From: a bacterium
GTDB taxonomy: Bacteria > SAR324 > NAC60-12
Reading direction: 5' to 3'
Assembly (NCBI GenBank): GCA_965233585.1
Contig: CBDDTI010000098.1
Coordinates: 1-25,199, forward strand
DNA: 25,199 nt
Shown: positions 1-9,147 of the stretch, piece by piece
Numbering within the stretch: the first letter of the stretch is position 1
Layout of the letters: each line of letters starts with the position of its first letter
Notes under the pieces: generated by a model
Databases searched by the model: none
What the model saw: only the letters and a program-made list of their open reading frames with translations
Told to the model about the DNA's origin: nothing
Translations under genes and position numbers: made by a program

Positions 1-650
1 CCTCTCCACTCAGGTTCACTCAGGACATCCAGAGGCTGCCCATTGTTTCACCAGAAGACCTTAGAAGAGAGATTTTTGTTTATCGGATTTCTCCTGCTCA
101 TCTGGAGTCTGGGAAGTAAGTTCACCAGAGCATCCTAATCTCGATTTGGTTCAATATGTAAAAATCCATGTAAGCAAAACCCATTATAGAGTATTTATTT
201 ATTTCCTCTGCCAATAGTATGTAAGCCTGATAGTAATTTCAGGTTTCCCACATAAAACCCTGTTTTTGAACGATTTGTCTGAAGTTCACATTTGGTGTGA
301 AAGTGAGGTGTGCAAATAGTGGACCCTATGTTTTCACATATATGAGTGCAAGTTTTGTGTGCCTATAGTAGTCTCTATGTCAAGTTCACTATTTACACAC
401 CCATTGTTTATGTAGTACTGGCACAAAAGTTGTGCCAAATAAATGTGCAAATAAATCCTGCCTTGAAGTACATCAAGGTCATGGTGAGGCAACTAACGCC
501 TGTATAGAAACCGGGTAGCATGAAGCTCAAATGAGATGCTTTCAGCCTGAAAGCATCTGAAAGCAGCTCAAATCATCTCAAATGCATCTGTTTTCATCTC
601 ATTGCAGATGGAAAGCAGCTTGTTGCAATTGAAATGGCATCTGAATGCAG

Positions 651-754
651 CTCAAAGCATCTCATTTCACCTCAATGTAAATTACATTGAGATGCTTTCA
701 GCCTCAAAGCATCTCATTTCACCTCAATGTAAATTACATTGAGATGCTTTCAGT
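651..754 (+). repeat. 52-bp tandem repeat x2 in left TIR, each unit with hairpin CTCAATGTAA-A-TTACATTGAG
   Basis: Units at 651-702 and 703-754 read directly. Confidence 0.9.
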
Positions 755-930
755 CTACATTGAGATGAATTCGGTTCACATCGAGATGAATTCGGTCTAC
801 ATTGAGATGAATTCGGCTTGCATCGAGATGAATTCGGTTTACATCGAGATGAATTCGGTCTACATCGAGATGATTTCAGTCTACATCGAGATGAATTCTG
901 TCTGCATTGAGATGAATTCGGTCTACATTC
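751..930 (+). repeat. 21-bp tandem repeat (consensus CGGTCTACATYGAGATGAATT), 8 units plus a partial, in left TIR
   Basis: Direct reading; produces the spurious SVYIEMN repeat ORF. Confidence 0.93.
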
Positions 931-1031
931 AGCTCGATGCAGTCAGGGTTTTTCACAGACAGAAGAAAAAGGCTTAGTTCAATCTAGATGGTAAATTCTA
1001 ATCAAAAGTTTCTCTCATGTTCCTTATTTAT

Positions 1032-3215
1032 TTATTTCTTTCTCGTCAGCTTAGGATATTTTCTAAACAAAGGATTTTTTACCAGGCGCGGCTTTTTCGT
1101 TTTAACAGTTAATGATTTTCTGTACATAGGGTTTCTCACTAAGCGAGCGGGTTGCGGAATTTCATCAACATCTAGTGCTCCAAGCATAACTCGCGGTTCC
1201 CTTTGAAAAAGTTTCTTGTCTTTTAAAAGTTCCAAACCGATTTTTACGGGTGGTTTCCTTTTCGACAGTTTCTTCCTCAAAGGTTTTACGTTTCGACTTG
1301 AGGGGCCCTCGACAATGTTCAATTTTTCTAGCCTAACCTGAGGTTTGGTTAGAAAAAGTTTCCGATCTTTCAACAGCTCTGAACTTATCTTAATAGGCGG
1401 TTTCTTTTTCTCCTTTGATTGCGCGATATTTTGCGGTTTTTTATCAACGACTAATTTCTCAAGTGCAACTTGCGGTTTCATTCGAAAAAGTTTCTCATCC
1501 TTCAAAAGTTCTACATCTATTTTAACCGGCATGTTAGTTTTCAACAGATTCCTCTCTGCTAAAGTTTTCTTCCCATCAAGTTTGAGGACATTCATCGGAC
1601 TTTTCCTGATACCTAATTTCTTAAGCTCAACTCGCGGTTTCATTCTTAGCAGTTTCCTATCCTTCAAATGTTCCACATTTATTTTGACCGGAGTCTTCTT
1701 TCCCGGTTTCGGCACGTCCGTTTCTGATGACTGCGGCTTCTTCCCATCAAGACTCGTCGCATTTACAGGACCTTCGCTGATATCTAATTTTCCGAGCTCA
1801 ACTCGAGGTCTCTTTCGCAACAGTTTCTCATCTTTCAAAAGATCTACACCGATGTTTACGGGCGAGTTCTTTTTCATTTTTTTTTTCCTTCGGTCTCTAA
1901 CCTTGGCGCCATTATTCCCATTAATTACCATCGACGATGAGTTACCCGAAGGACTTATCCTTCGTTTCTTCTTCCTCCTCTCGTTTTCCAACCAGTCTTC
2001 AGAATCTGTATTTTTTCTCTTACGACTAATGAGACTTATCATAGGTCTTAATCGGGCATATTTTTTCGGCGGTTTTTCCATTAATTTTCCAGACAGAGCG
2101 AGAGGCTGCAAATTGCCCATCTTTTTCCGTTTCCTTACCGTTCCCTGGGAATTCTCAGACCCCATTTCCCTCCTTTTCCTTTTACGATCGATTAAGCTCA
2201 CCGCCGGTTGTGATTGCAAATTATTCTCTCCCTCAATCAGCATTTCTTTCGACTGCTCAGCTTGAGCGTCAATAGAACTTGCGCCGTTTGTTGGTAAGGA
2301 AGCCCTCATTTCCAGTTCGTGTTCTTTAAGAAACGCTTCGTCCACGGAAATTTTTTTCCTAGTCGGTCCTGACTTGGACGAGTCCGCTGGAGATTGACTC
2401 TGATCATCGTTTCCTTTTTTTTTTTTCTTCATCGAGTCCTTTTGCCTCGGTTTGAATGTTTTTTTCCTGGGGGCTTTTTTCAAAGTTTGTTCCGCCAATC
2501 GCCTCTCGTTCGGACTTAATTCGTAACCGTGCTTCAAATGCATATGCTTGTCAAAAAAAGAGAATCGACTGAAGGATTTGTTCGGACAAAAGGGACACGC
2601 TAGTTTATGATTCTCGTCAAGCTTGCTCAGCGAGCTAAAGATTTTTTGCTTTGTACGGATGTAAATGTCCTGATAAGATTCGGGTGTCAATGAGACTTGA
2701 GATGAGGATGGGTTTGCATCTGCGATTGTAGGCTGTACTTCAGGCTCATTTTGCAAAATTGTCCGATGCTGCTGCAGGTGCAGCAGCGGCGGCGGCGGCG
2801 GCGGAGGTAGCGGTTGAGTTAGCTCGTTAATTCCCTCATCAATCGGCGCAAGTTGACTCGGTTCATTTCCCGACACGATGGGAGATGAAGTTGCCGCCGT
2901 GTCCGTCAAAGGAGCTTGTTCATCGTGTGCCAAAGCGCTGTCTAGACCTCCCTCATTCGTCAGGGCCGAATCCTCGTTGGAATTAATAGAAGAGTTTAGG
3001 GTTTTGTTGAAAGTAGTGACAGTCTCACTGACCGTTGGTGATTTGTAGGATTTGTGTTTATTGTACTGAATAGCATTTTCTATGTAATTTGAACCGGTAT
3101 TTAATTGATTTAGCTTTTCCAGTTTATCACCATCGGACAAATTTTTTCGAATTGAAAAGTAAATGCTGCGAGGCACCAGAAACATGCTGGAAACCCCCTC
3201 CCTGAGCTTCCTCAT
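1032..3215 (-). CDS. 727-aa Lys/Arg-rich putative nuclear protein with one C2H2 Zn finger and five C-terminal ~28-aa repeats each containing PxVxL
   Basis: Long ORF; CPFC-x13-HMHLKH; many NLS-like basic runs; repeats like PVKIxxELLKDxKLxxxxPxVxLxKL; AATAAA overlaps the stop. Confidence 0.85.
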   Translation of the reverse strand: MRKLREGVSSMFLVPRSIYFSIRKNLSDGDKLEKLNQLNTGSNYIENAIQYNKHKSYKSPTVSETVTTFNKTLNSSINSNEDSALTNEGGLDSALAHDEQAPLTDTAATSSPIVSGNEPSQLAPIDEGINELTQPLPPPPPPPLLHLQQHRTILQNEPEVQPTIADANPSSSQVSLTPESYQDIYIRTKQKIFSSLSKLDENHKLACPFCPNKSFSRFSFFDKHMHLKHGYELSPNERRLAEQTLKKAPRKKTFKPRQKDSMKKKKKGNDDQSQSPADSSKSGPTRKKISVDEAFLKEHELEMRASLPTNGASSIDAQAEQSKEMLIEGENNLQSQPAVSLIDRKRKRREMGSENSQGTVRKRKKMGNLQPLALSGKLMEKPPKKYARLRPMISLISRKRKNTDSEDWLENERRKKKRRISPSGNSSSMVINGNNGAKVRDRRKKKMKKNSPVNIGVDLLKDEKLLRKRPRVELGKLDISEGPVNATSLDGKKPQSSETDVPKPGKKTPVKINVEHLKDRKLLRMKPRVELKKLGIRKSPMNVLKLDGKKTLAERNLLKTNMPVKIDVELLKDEKLFRMKPQVALEKLVVDKKPQNIAQSKEKKKPPIKISSELLKDRKLFLTKPQVRLEKLNIVEGPSSRNVKPLRKKLSKRKPPVKIGLELLKDKKLFQREPRVMLGALDVDEIPQPARLVRNPMYRKSLTVKTKKPRLVKNPLFRKYPKLTRKK

Positions 3216-3568
3216 CTCGTCAAAAGTTGAGTCAAGATTGGTATAACTGCGCTAGCAATAGCCGTCAACACGCCCACAATCCCTCCTCTTTGCAAAACTT
3301 TTCTTTTTTTTACAATGTCCGTTTTATTGCGAGGGTAGTTTGATAGCCTTTTAAAGTCGGACAAATAGTTTCTGATTTTACTTCTTAATCTTCCCCTCAC
3401 GTGATTGCCGAGTCTGAGCTCACCGTTTAACACGTAATGAATTATTTGACATAAAATTTCAACGCCTTCATCATTCAAATGGCGAATGAAATTTGAACAA
3501 TCGTGACTTTTCAAGTGTTTTACGGCAGTATAAAGAGAAACTGCCTTCTCCAACGATCTCGCCCTCAT
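3212..3568 (-). CDS. 118-aa small basic protein with C-terminal QRGG plus hydrophobic/amphipathic helix (Polinton-type putative virion core or membrane-active protein)
   Basis: Ends ...KKRKVLQRGGIVGVLTAIASAVIPILTQLL; lies next to the ATPase; ATGA overlap with the next ORF. Confidence 0.75.
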   Translation of the reverse strand: MRARSLEKAVSLYTAVKHLKSHDCSNFIRHLNDEGVEILCQIIHYVLNGELRLGNHVRGRLRSKIRNYLSDFKRLSNYPRNKTDIVKKRKVLQRGGIVGVLTAIASAVIPILTQLLTR

Positions 3569-3597
3569 TTACCAAACTGTCCGTTCACAGTCTCTCC

Positions 3598-4284
3598 TTA
3601 AATGGAGGTATTATATGCTCTCATGGGCCGTTCGTCGGGGAAAATATGACTCCTCAACCTGACTAGATCGTTCTGTCGCTGATGAAAATCTAGCAAAATG
3701 TATCCGTATGGCTTTTCCTTGGTTGCCGTCCGATACGCTTCATTTAACAAGTGCCCGTTCCCGGGAAACACTTGTTTTGCAAGATGAGATACGGCGCTTT
3801 TATCTCTGGGGTTGTTAAATAAAATCATGTATTGCGAGTTGATGCTGAGCGTTCTGAGCTCGCTTTTGGCGCCAAACAAGCTCTGACATAAGAACACGGT
3901 AAAACAGTTGTAATGGTGTGTCAGAACCGTGAAAAAATGCTTCAACACCTGCCCGACTTCGTCTAAGTAATCATCAAATACCACTATTTTGGGTAGATTT
4001 TTCGGGAACATCTCCAGTATGTCCTTCATTTCCTCAACGGAGTTCGGCACGGATGCGAATTTATAAAAGGATCTATCCTCCTGGTTTGCATTCATCCGTC
4101 TCTCCATCTCATCGTACGCTTGCTGAGACTCTTTGAAAAATAGTAGCATGCATCGAGGCGTGGGTGAGAAGAACACGTCTTTGTCTTTGACCAATTTTTT
4201 CAACCATGATGTTTTTCCGCAAGAGGTTGGACCTACCACCATCAAGTTCGAGGGAATATTGAAACGCGTATCGAATCCTGACAT
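3598..4284 (-). CDS. A32/FtsK-like genome packaging ATPase
   Basis: Walker A GPTSCGKT, Walker B IVVFDD, then RTLSINSQYMILFNNPRD and KPYGYILLD; first ATG at 4284 (ORF track starts at TTG 4305). Confidence 0.93.
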   Translation of the reverse strand: MSGFDTRFNIPSNLMVVGPTSCGKTSWLKKLVKDKDVFFSPTPRCMLLFFKESQQAYDEMERRMNANQEDRSFYKFASVPNSVEEMKDILEMFPKNLPKIVVFDDYLDEVGQVLKHFFTVLTHHYNCFTVFLCQSLFGAKSELRTLSINSQYMILFNNPRDKSAVSHLAKQVFPGNGHLLNEAYRTATKEKPYGYILLDFHQRQNDLVRLRSHIFPDERPMRAYNTSI

Positions 4285-4314
4285 TGCATTAATTTTTTTC
4301 CCCAACTACGAGAT

Positions 4315-7300
4315 TTACTGTATTTTCTTACATGGATGTAAATGACATTTTTTAATTTGACTACTTCCCAAAGCTAACGTGCACTTTCCACAAGGCAGCA
4401 CATATCGCTTCGAGTCCATGGCTGAGAGAGCAATTTTCCGTTGGTAAGTGGTGCCAATCCGATGGTTTTTTGACTTTAAATGGTTGAAAGATTTATATAT
4501 CAAACTTGCACTATTCAAGCATTCCTCGTAATCGGCAAAGGACAATTGATTATTGATGCTGCTCTTTTTGAGGCCTTTGCAAATTTTCTTGGTCGAAATT
4601 TTTTTTGTTTTTAAATTTTTGACTGTCATACTATAACATTTCGGTCTCAGTCCAATAAATTCCGTAATTGCGGCTTTTCCTTTCATTTCATCTTTAAAGT
4701 AAAACAGGTGGTTGGCTCTGCTGTTGTCGTACAATTCGTGATCATTTTCGTATTTTGAAAAATCAAACATGTGCTCAATTGACTTTAATTGTTCTATCAA
4801 ATTGTCACATTTGACACTAAATAAAAAGGAGTCTGTGTCTGAGAAACATAATTTTAAATTTTTCCGACCGAAATGCTCTTTAAACTTGTCGTAGGATTGA
4901 TACATAAAAAGTTTGCTCAATTCCAAAATGGCAAATCCAACAGCTAACGGTTTTTTCATTTCAATCGAGTTGGGCTTCTTCATGACTGCTACCAGATCCT
5001 GGTTGATGATTTTAAAATTGGATACGTGCTGACCTATGCATGCTTTTCTTAAACTTTTCTCATCATCACACAAAACAATCTCGATGTAATTTCTGGCGTT
5101 TTCTGAAAAAAAGAGGAGAAAATCATTAAGTCAACATCTTTACAAAAATCATGCAACTTTCTTTTTCATGTTTACCTATGAATTTGCCGAAGGTCGCATT
5201 TGCAAAAAGTTTAAACAGTCGCAATTCGAAATCTGTCTTCGCCTCCGACCTCAATTTTGTAATCTTGGTGATAAAGTTCTTTAGAAAATCCTTCTGGGTG
5301 AATTTGATCGCTCTCCTGATCCTGATCAGCTCGAGTCCACGTTCGAGATAATATTTGAGGTTATCCAACAGAACCACATATTTGCGTCTCGTGTAAAATG
5401 TGGCCAGCAATTTCCTTGAAGAATATCTACGCTTCTTGTAATCTCGATAAGCGTGCTTTCTCAAAAGTTTCCTGTTGAATGGCGATAGATCCTCAAAGCC
5501 TACTGTACCGGTGTACGGGGCCAGAGGAAATTGATCATCCCTTTTGTGATACTTTGCTGGGTAGAAAAGGTCCACCTCGAAAGCGTAGCCAGTCTCGCTC
5601 TGTGTTGGTAAATTTAAAATATCTTTGGCAGACCATGTTCTCAGCTCGTCCTTCTCGATCCACTCGAAATCTCCTACGGGTAATTTAAATGTTTCCATGC
5701 TACCGTAGAGATTATTGGCTGTAAAGAACGGAGGGAAAAAATTAAACTCTGTTTAATTGATTTAGTCCCATAGTTTGTCTTGAAGGAGGAAAATGGAAAA
5801 AAAAAAAAATTTACCATCAACATAGAGTAAATGATCGCCTGGAGATTTCGGATCGTCGCTTCCCCTCGCATGTCTTGTGGCAATAAAACTTTGCCCGCCT
5901 CTTACACCTTTGGTGAAGAACTGTTCCATTTCAGGCTGATCAAACAAATCTAGAGAGCCGGGCGGTTTGCTGTCAAGACGTTTCTCGCTACTCCCTCTCT
6001 CATCCTCGTAAAACATCCGGAGCATAACATCGAACGATAAGCCCGGTATTCCTGTAATTAATTTTCCAAGAGAAAAAAGGATGATTTGGGAATAAGGAAT
6101 TTTTTTTTTTGCACTTCGGAAGAGAAATACTCACCCAGATAATAAACAGGATCCAGCTTAAAGTGTTGAATGACCATTTCTCTGTACCTAGTGAAAATTT
6201 CAGCCAGCAAAATGACGTCTAAGGCGCAATACAAGTTCATGTAATCCTCCATTGTTTTACAGCCGAAAAATTTGAACACATCTTTCCCGTGTTTGTGGTC
6301 TTCAGCGGAGATATGAGTCTCATTTAACCTCGAATAAAATGCCTCTCTTGAAGGAAACTCGCTCACTTTCAACGACTCATATGATGTAAAATGCTCATAG
6401 GCATACACTCCTTTCCTTTTTAAAAGTTTCAATCCGCGAGATTTTTTCCTCAATGGTAATTTGACATACGGCTGGAACTGGCGGAGGATGGGAAAGGTGA
6501 ATGATTTATCCTGACATAAATCTGTCATTAACGAGTCGAGACTGGACGATATGTGCTCCAAAGAGTCTCTGATTTGAAAACGGCCTATGGTGACAGTGCG
6601 ATATTTTTCCTGGTTTCTAGCCATTACTCGTGTAGCGCGCCCCATTTTTTCTATTATCAGATGAATGTCGTATCTAAAAAAGAAAAAAAATCACACATCA
6701 ATTAACACCTTTTTTCCATTCTCCATTCGAAAAAGTATTCTTCCTGCTAAAATTCTTACCCCTGACCATTGTGGAAATAAATGGGAGTTAGATACGGCCC
6801 TTGTCGATGTAGGTTGCAAATAGCATGAGCAGCTTGAATGTTTCCTCCCGACACGTGATCGTGATCCACCACTTTCCTGTACAAACGCGAATGATCATCG
6901 AATTTTTTCTCGCAAATGTGGCAATGGGTAGCTTCTCGGTATTTTCGCCATTGCACGTTTGAAGCCTTGATTTGACCAGTGCTCCGGAAGCGTTGTTTCC
7001 TATTGTTGACTATACTTTCATAACCGCTTAATTTCGATAAAAACACTTCGACAGCATCGTCACCGCTGTAGGTCTCTTGGTAAAAAACGTCACTGTCAGA
7101 ATCTACAAAACAAATGGAAAAGCCACATGCTTTGTGTTTGTTCAACACTTGGCTTGTAGATTTTTCACAGTCACATTTTAATGAGTTTTTGTTGCATTTC
7201 CTGCATACTTTTTCTTTTTGCCTCGAGTCTTCTTCCATGTAGCACTCGAAATCTGCAAATCCAACGACAGGAGCTTTGAAGCCATTTCTTTGTTTGGAAA

Positions 7301-8920
7301 AATTTAAAACGCTTCCCTTGGGAGGGTACACCACTGTTTGTTTATCTTGCTGACATATTTCTTGATGCGAATTTTTCTTCTCTTTAGGGTATTGGTATTG
7401 TCATCTAGCGAGGATGATTTTTTCCCTCTGAGGGTAAAATTTACCCAGAGGAAACAGTTTTGAATGGGTGATTTATTTTCGAGTCGAGCCTCAATTTCCC
7501 TCAAAATGAAAGTGGCCTGCCCTTGCAACATCTCCCAAAACTAGCAAGACTACCCTTCACAATTACCCCAGAGGGTAAAAATTACCCCCACTAGATGACA
7601 ATACCCTTAGAAACAAAATTCATCAGACACACTTCACAATAGTAATGATTGAGTGGATAAGGAGCTTGCTTCAGGCTTTGTTTTCGTCCATTTAAAAAGC
7701 CCCTAATGTTTTTGATGGTAAAAAAATGATGCTCATGGTTCAAACCGTTCAAAGATGAAGACATCTGCGAATGGAACCTTGTCACACCTGCTTGGCCTTG
7801 GCAAGATAAAAGTTCACGGTCACTTTTAATTAACAAAACATTTAAAACATTTTTATATTTTTTCTGTCTCCCTCTTATGTTTGAAAAAGTGTCCAATACA
7901 CAAATTTCACTCTCACTTTCGAAGAACACTCGAATTGTCAGCGGAAGGTGATTGTTTCTTTTGACAAACTTGTTAATCTGCTTAAAATTTAAAGGGAATT
8001 TAATGCCACTCAAATTAAACTTTCTAATGTACTTGTCTGGGAAGTGGTCACAGTGCTTGATGCTGACAGTGGCTGGCCATAAATGTCTTATTACACAATA
8101 CAAGAAATTCTTCTCATCATATGTGGTTTGCCAATGCACACTCTTGCACTTCAACAAGTACTTAGGCACAATGACAGAGTTAGAGTTCATATTTTTTTCT
8201 TGGGAGGTGCTCCTTTTTCTCCTCTAATTTCTCATCAACTCTCTCTGTCTCTCGGTCGGCTTTCAATCTTCACGTTGAACCGGGCTTGGTTGCAACAAAA
8301 CAAACATCATAGAGTAAGATGTCACAAGCCTCAAGATTTTCAAAACGCCAACCTGACCCGCGTGTCAAAAGATCCTCTTCCCTGGCCAAGGCACCTTGCA
8401 ACAATCGACTGATTTTTCTCTGGATACGCCTATCTCCTTCTAGTTCATTGAACACCAATCCTTTGCTGCGAAGGCTAAAAGTGTCGTTATCTGAGCTCTT
8501 GACTGGGCCTCCCTCTGATGATAAGTCAGAAATTTCGTAGCTGGCAGATATGACTATGCTGGCACGGAAAACGGTTCGTGTCATCAATTCCGTTTTTATC
8601 AGGTTGAAAATTTCTTTCAGAGATTTTTTTGAGTTGCAAAAATCAGCTAATGTCTGTTTTTCCGATGACAGGTCCTTTGTAAAAATGCAAACTCGATCAT
8701 TGATAGCTGATTTTTTTCGAAACACTAAAAGATCCTCATGTTCAGTTGACACGTGAAACCTTAAATCTTTTCTTTTGCTAAAGCCATCAGAGCAAAAGGA
8801 GCAAAAAAATCTCTGTTTACTTGAGCTTGTGGTGCTTTCACTGTGTTGATGAGATAATAAATGCCTGTCCAGGGCTCTTTTTCTTGAAAAGGAAATGTTG
8901 CACAAATGACATTTCTTCAT
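4315..8920 (-). CDS. polB: Protein-primed family B DNA polymerase, spliced. Segments: 8920-~8306, ~8223-7605, 7381-6760, 6673-6135, 6051-5815, 5718-5176, 5102-4315
   Basis: N-terminal two C2H2 fingers and GSGW; ExoI FADFEC; CHIC...DHDH...H.ICN Zn insert; joins rebuild HNGQG|YDIH (ExoII), YYL|GIPGLSFD, YVD|ANNLYG (motif A), KLFANATFGKFI|EN (motif B); FSDTDS (motif C). The junction at 8224-8305 is uncertain. Confidence 0.93.
5103..5175 (-). other. Spliceosomal intron in polB (73 bp)
   Basis: G|GTAAAC...TTTTTTCAG|; join gives FGKFIENARNY in frame. Confidence 0.9.
5719..5814 (-). other. Spliceosomal intron in polB (96 bp)
   Basis: G|GTAAAT...CTTTACAG|; join rebuilds catalytic YVDANNLYG. Confidence 0.93.
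6052..6134 (-). other. Spliceosomal intron in polB (83 bp)
   Basis: G|GTGAGT...TAATTACAG|; join gives DPVYYLGIPGLSFDVML. Confidence 0.92.
6674..6759 (-). other. Spliceosomal intron in polB (86 bp)
   Basis: GG|GTAAGA...T-rich tract TTAG|; join rebuilds ExoII FHNGQGYDIHLI. Confidence 0.93.
7387..7606. mobile_element. 220-bp MITE (PIF/Harbinger-Tourist-like) inserted in polB
   Basis: TTA duplicated at 7384-7386 and 7607-7609; TIRs GGGTATTG(GTATTG)TCATCTAG / CTAGATGACAATACCC; removal restores CEVC-x12-HQEIC. Confidence 0.88.
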
Positions 8921-9147
8921 TTCTTTTTTTCTCCCTCCCTCTCTCAGACACTCAGAATGGACACTCTTGTCTTTTTTCTCAATATCAATTATCTAGAAAC
9001 CGGAAAAAAGATAAATTCAATTTTACACACATGCAGATATTAGTGAGAAAAACACACACCATAATTTATTCACATTTTGTTATTATTTACATATACATTT
9101 TTTAAAAATAAAATGAGGGTCTCACACGCACAGCACTAGGGAAACGT

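Larger units (their letters stand above)
501..984 (+). repeat. Left terminal inverted repeat (~484 bp)
   Basis: Reverse complement of 23309-23862; similarity ends at TTAGTTCAATC (984). Confidence 0.95.

Noticed and set aside
751..930. CRISPR-like appearance of regular short repeats
   Set aside because: Repeats are head-to-tail with no unique spacers, no cas genes, and the context is eukaryotic
687..977. 96-aa ORF with SVYIEMN repeats, and its mirror at 23316-23624
   Set aside because: Translation of the 21-bp TIR array; TTG start and no coding evidence
1345..2265. 306-aa Phe/Leu/Ser-rich plus-strand ORF
   Set aside because: Antisense shadow of the Lys-rich 727-aa gene
3563..3571. TAAATG at the start of the 118-aa gene, resembling a poxvirus late promoter
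   Set aside because: Single occurrence at a gene start; not shared by the other structural genes
4315..7334. polB as a frameshifted pseudogene or several separate genes
   Set aside because: Each break in this span has canonical GT-AG ends and splicing restores catalytic motifs in frame
7304..7531. 75-aa ORF
   Set aside because: Runs from MITE sequence into the wrong frame of polB
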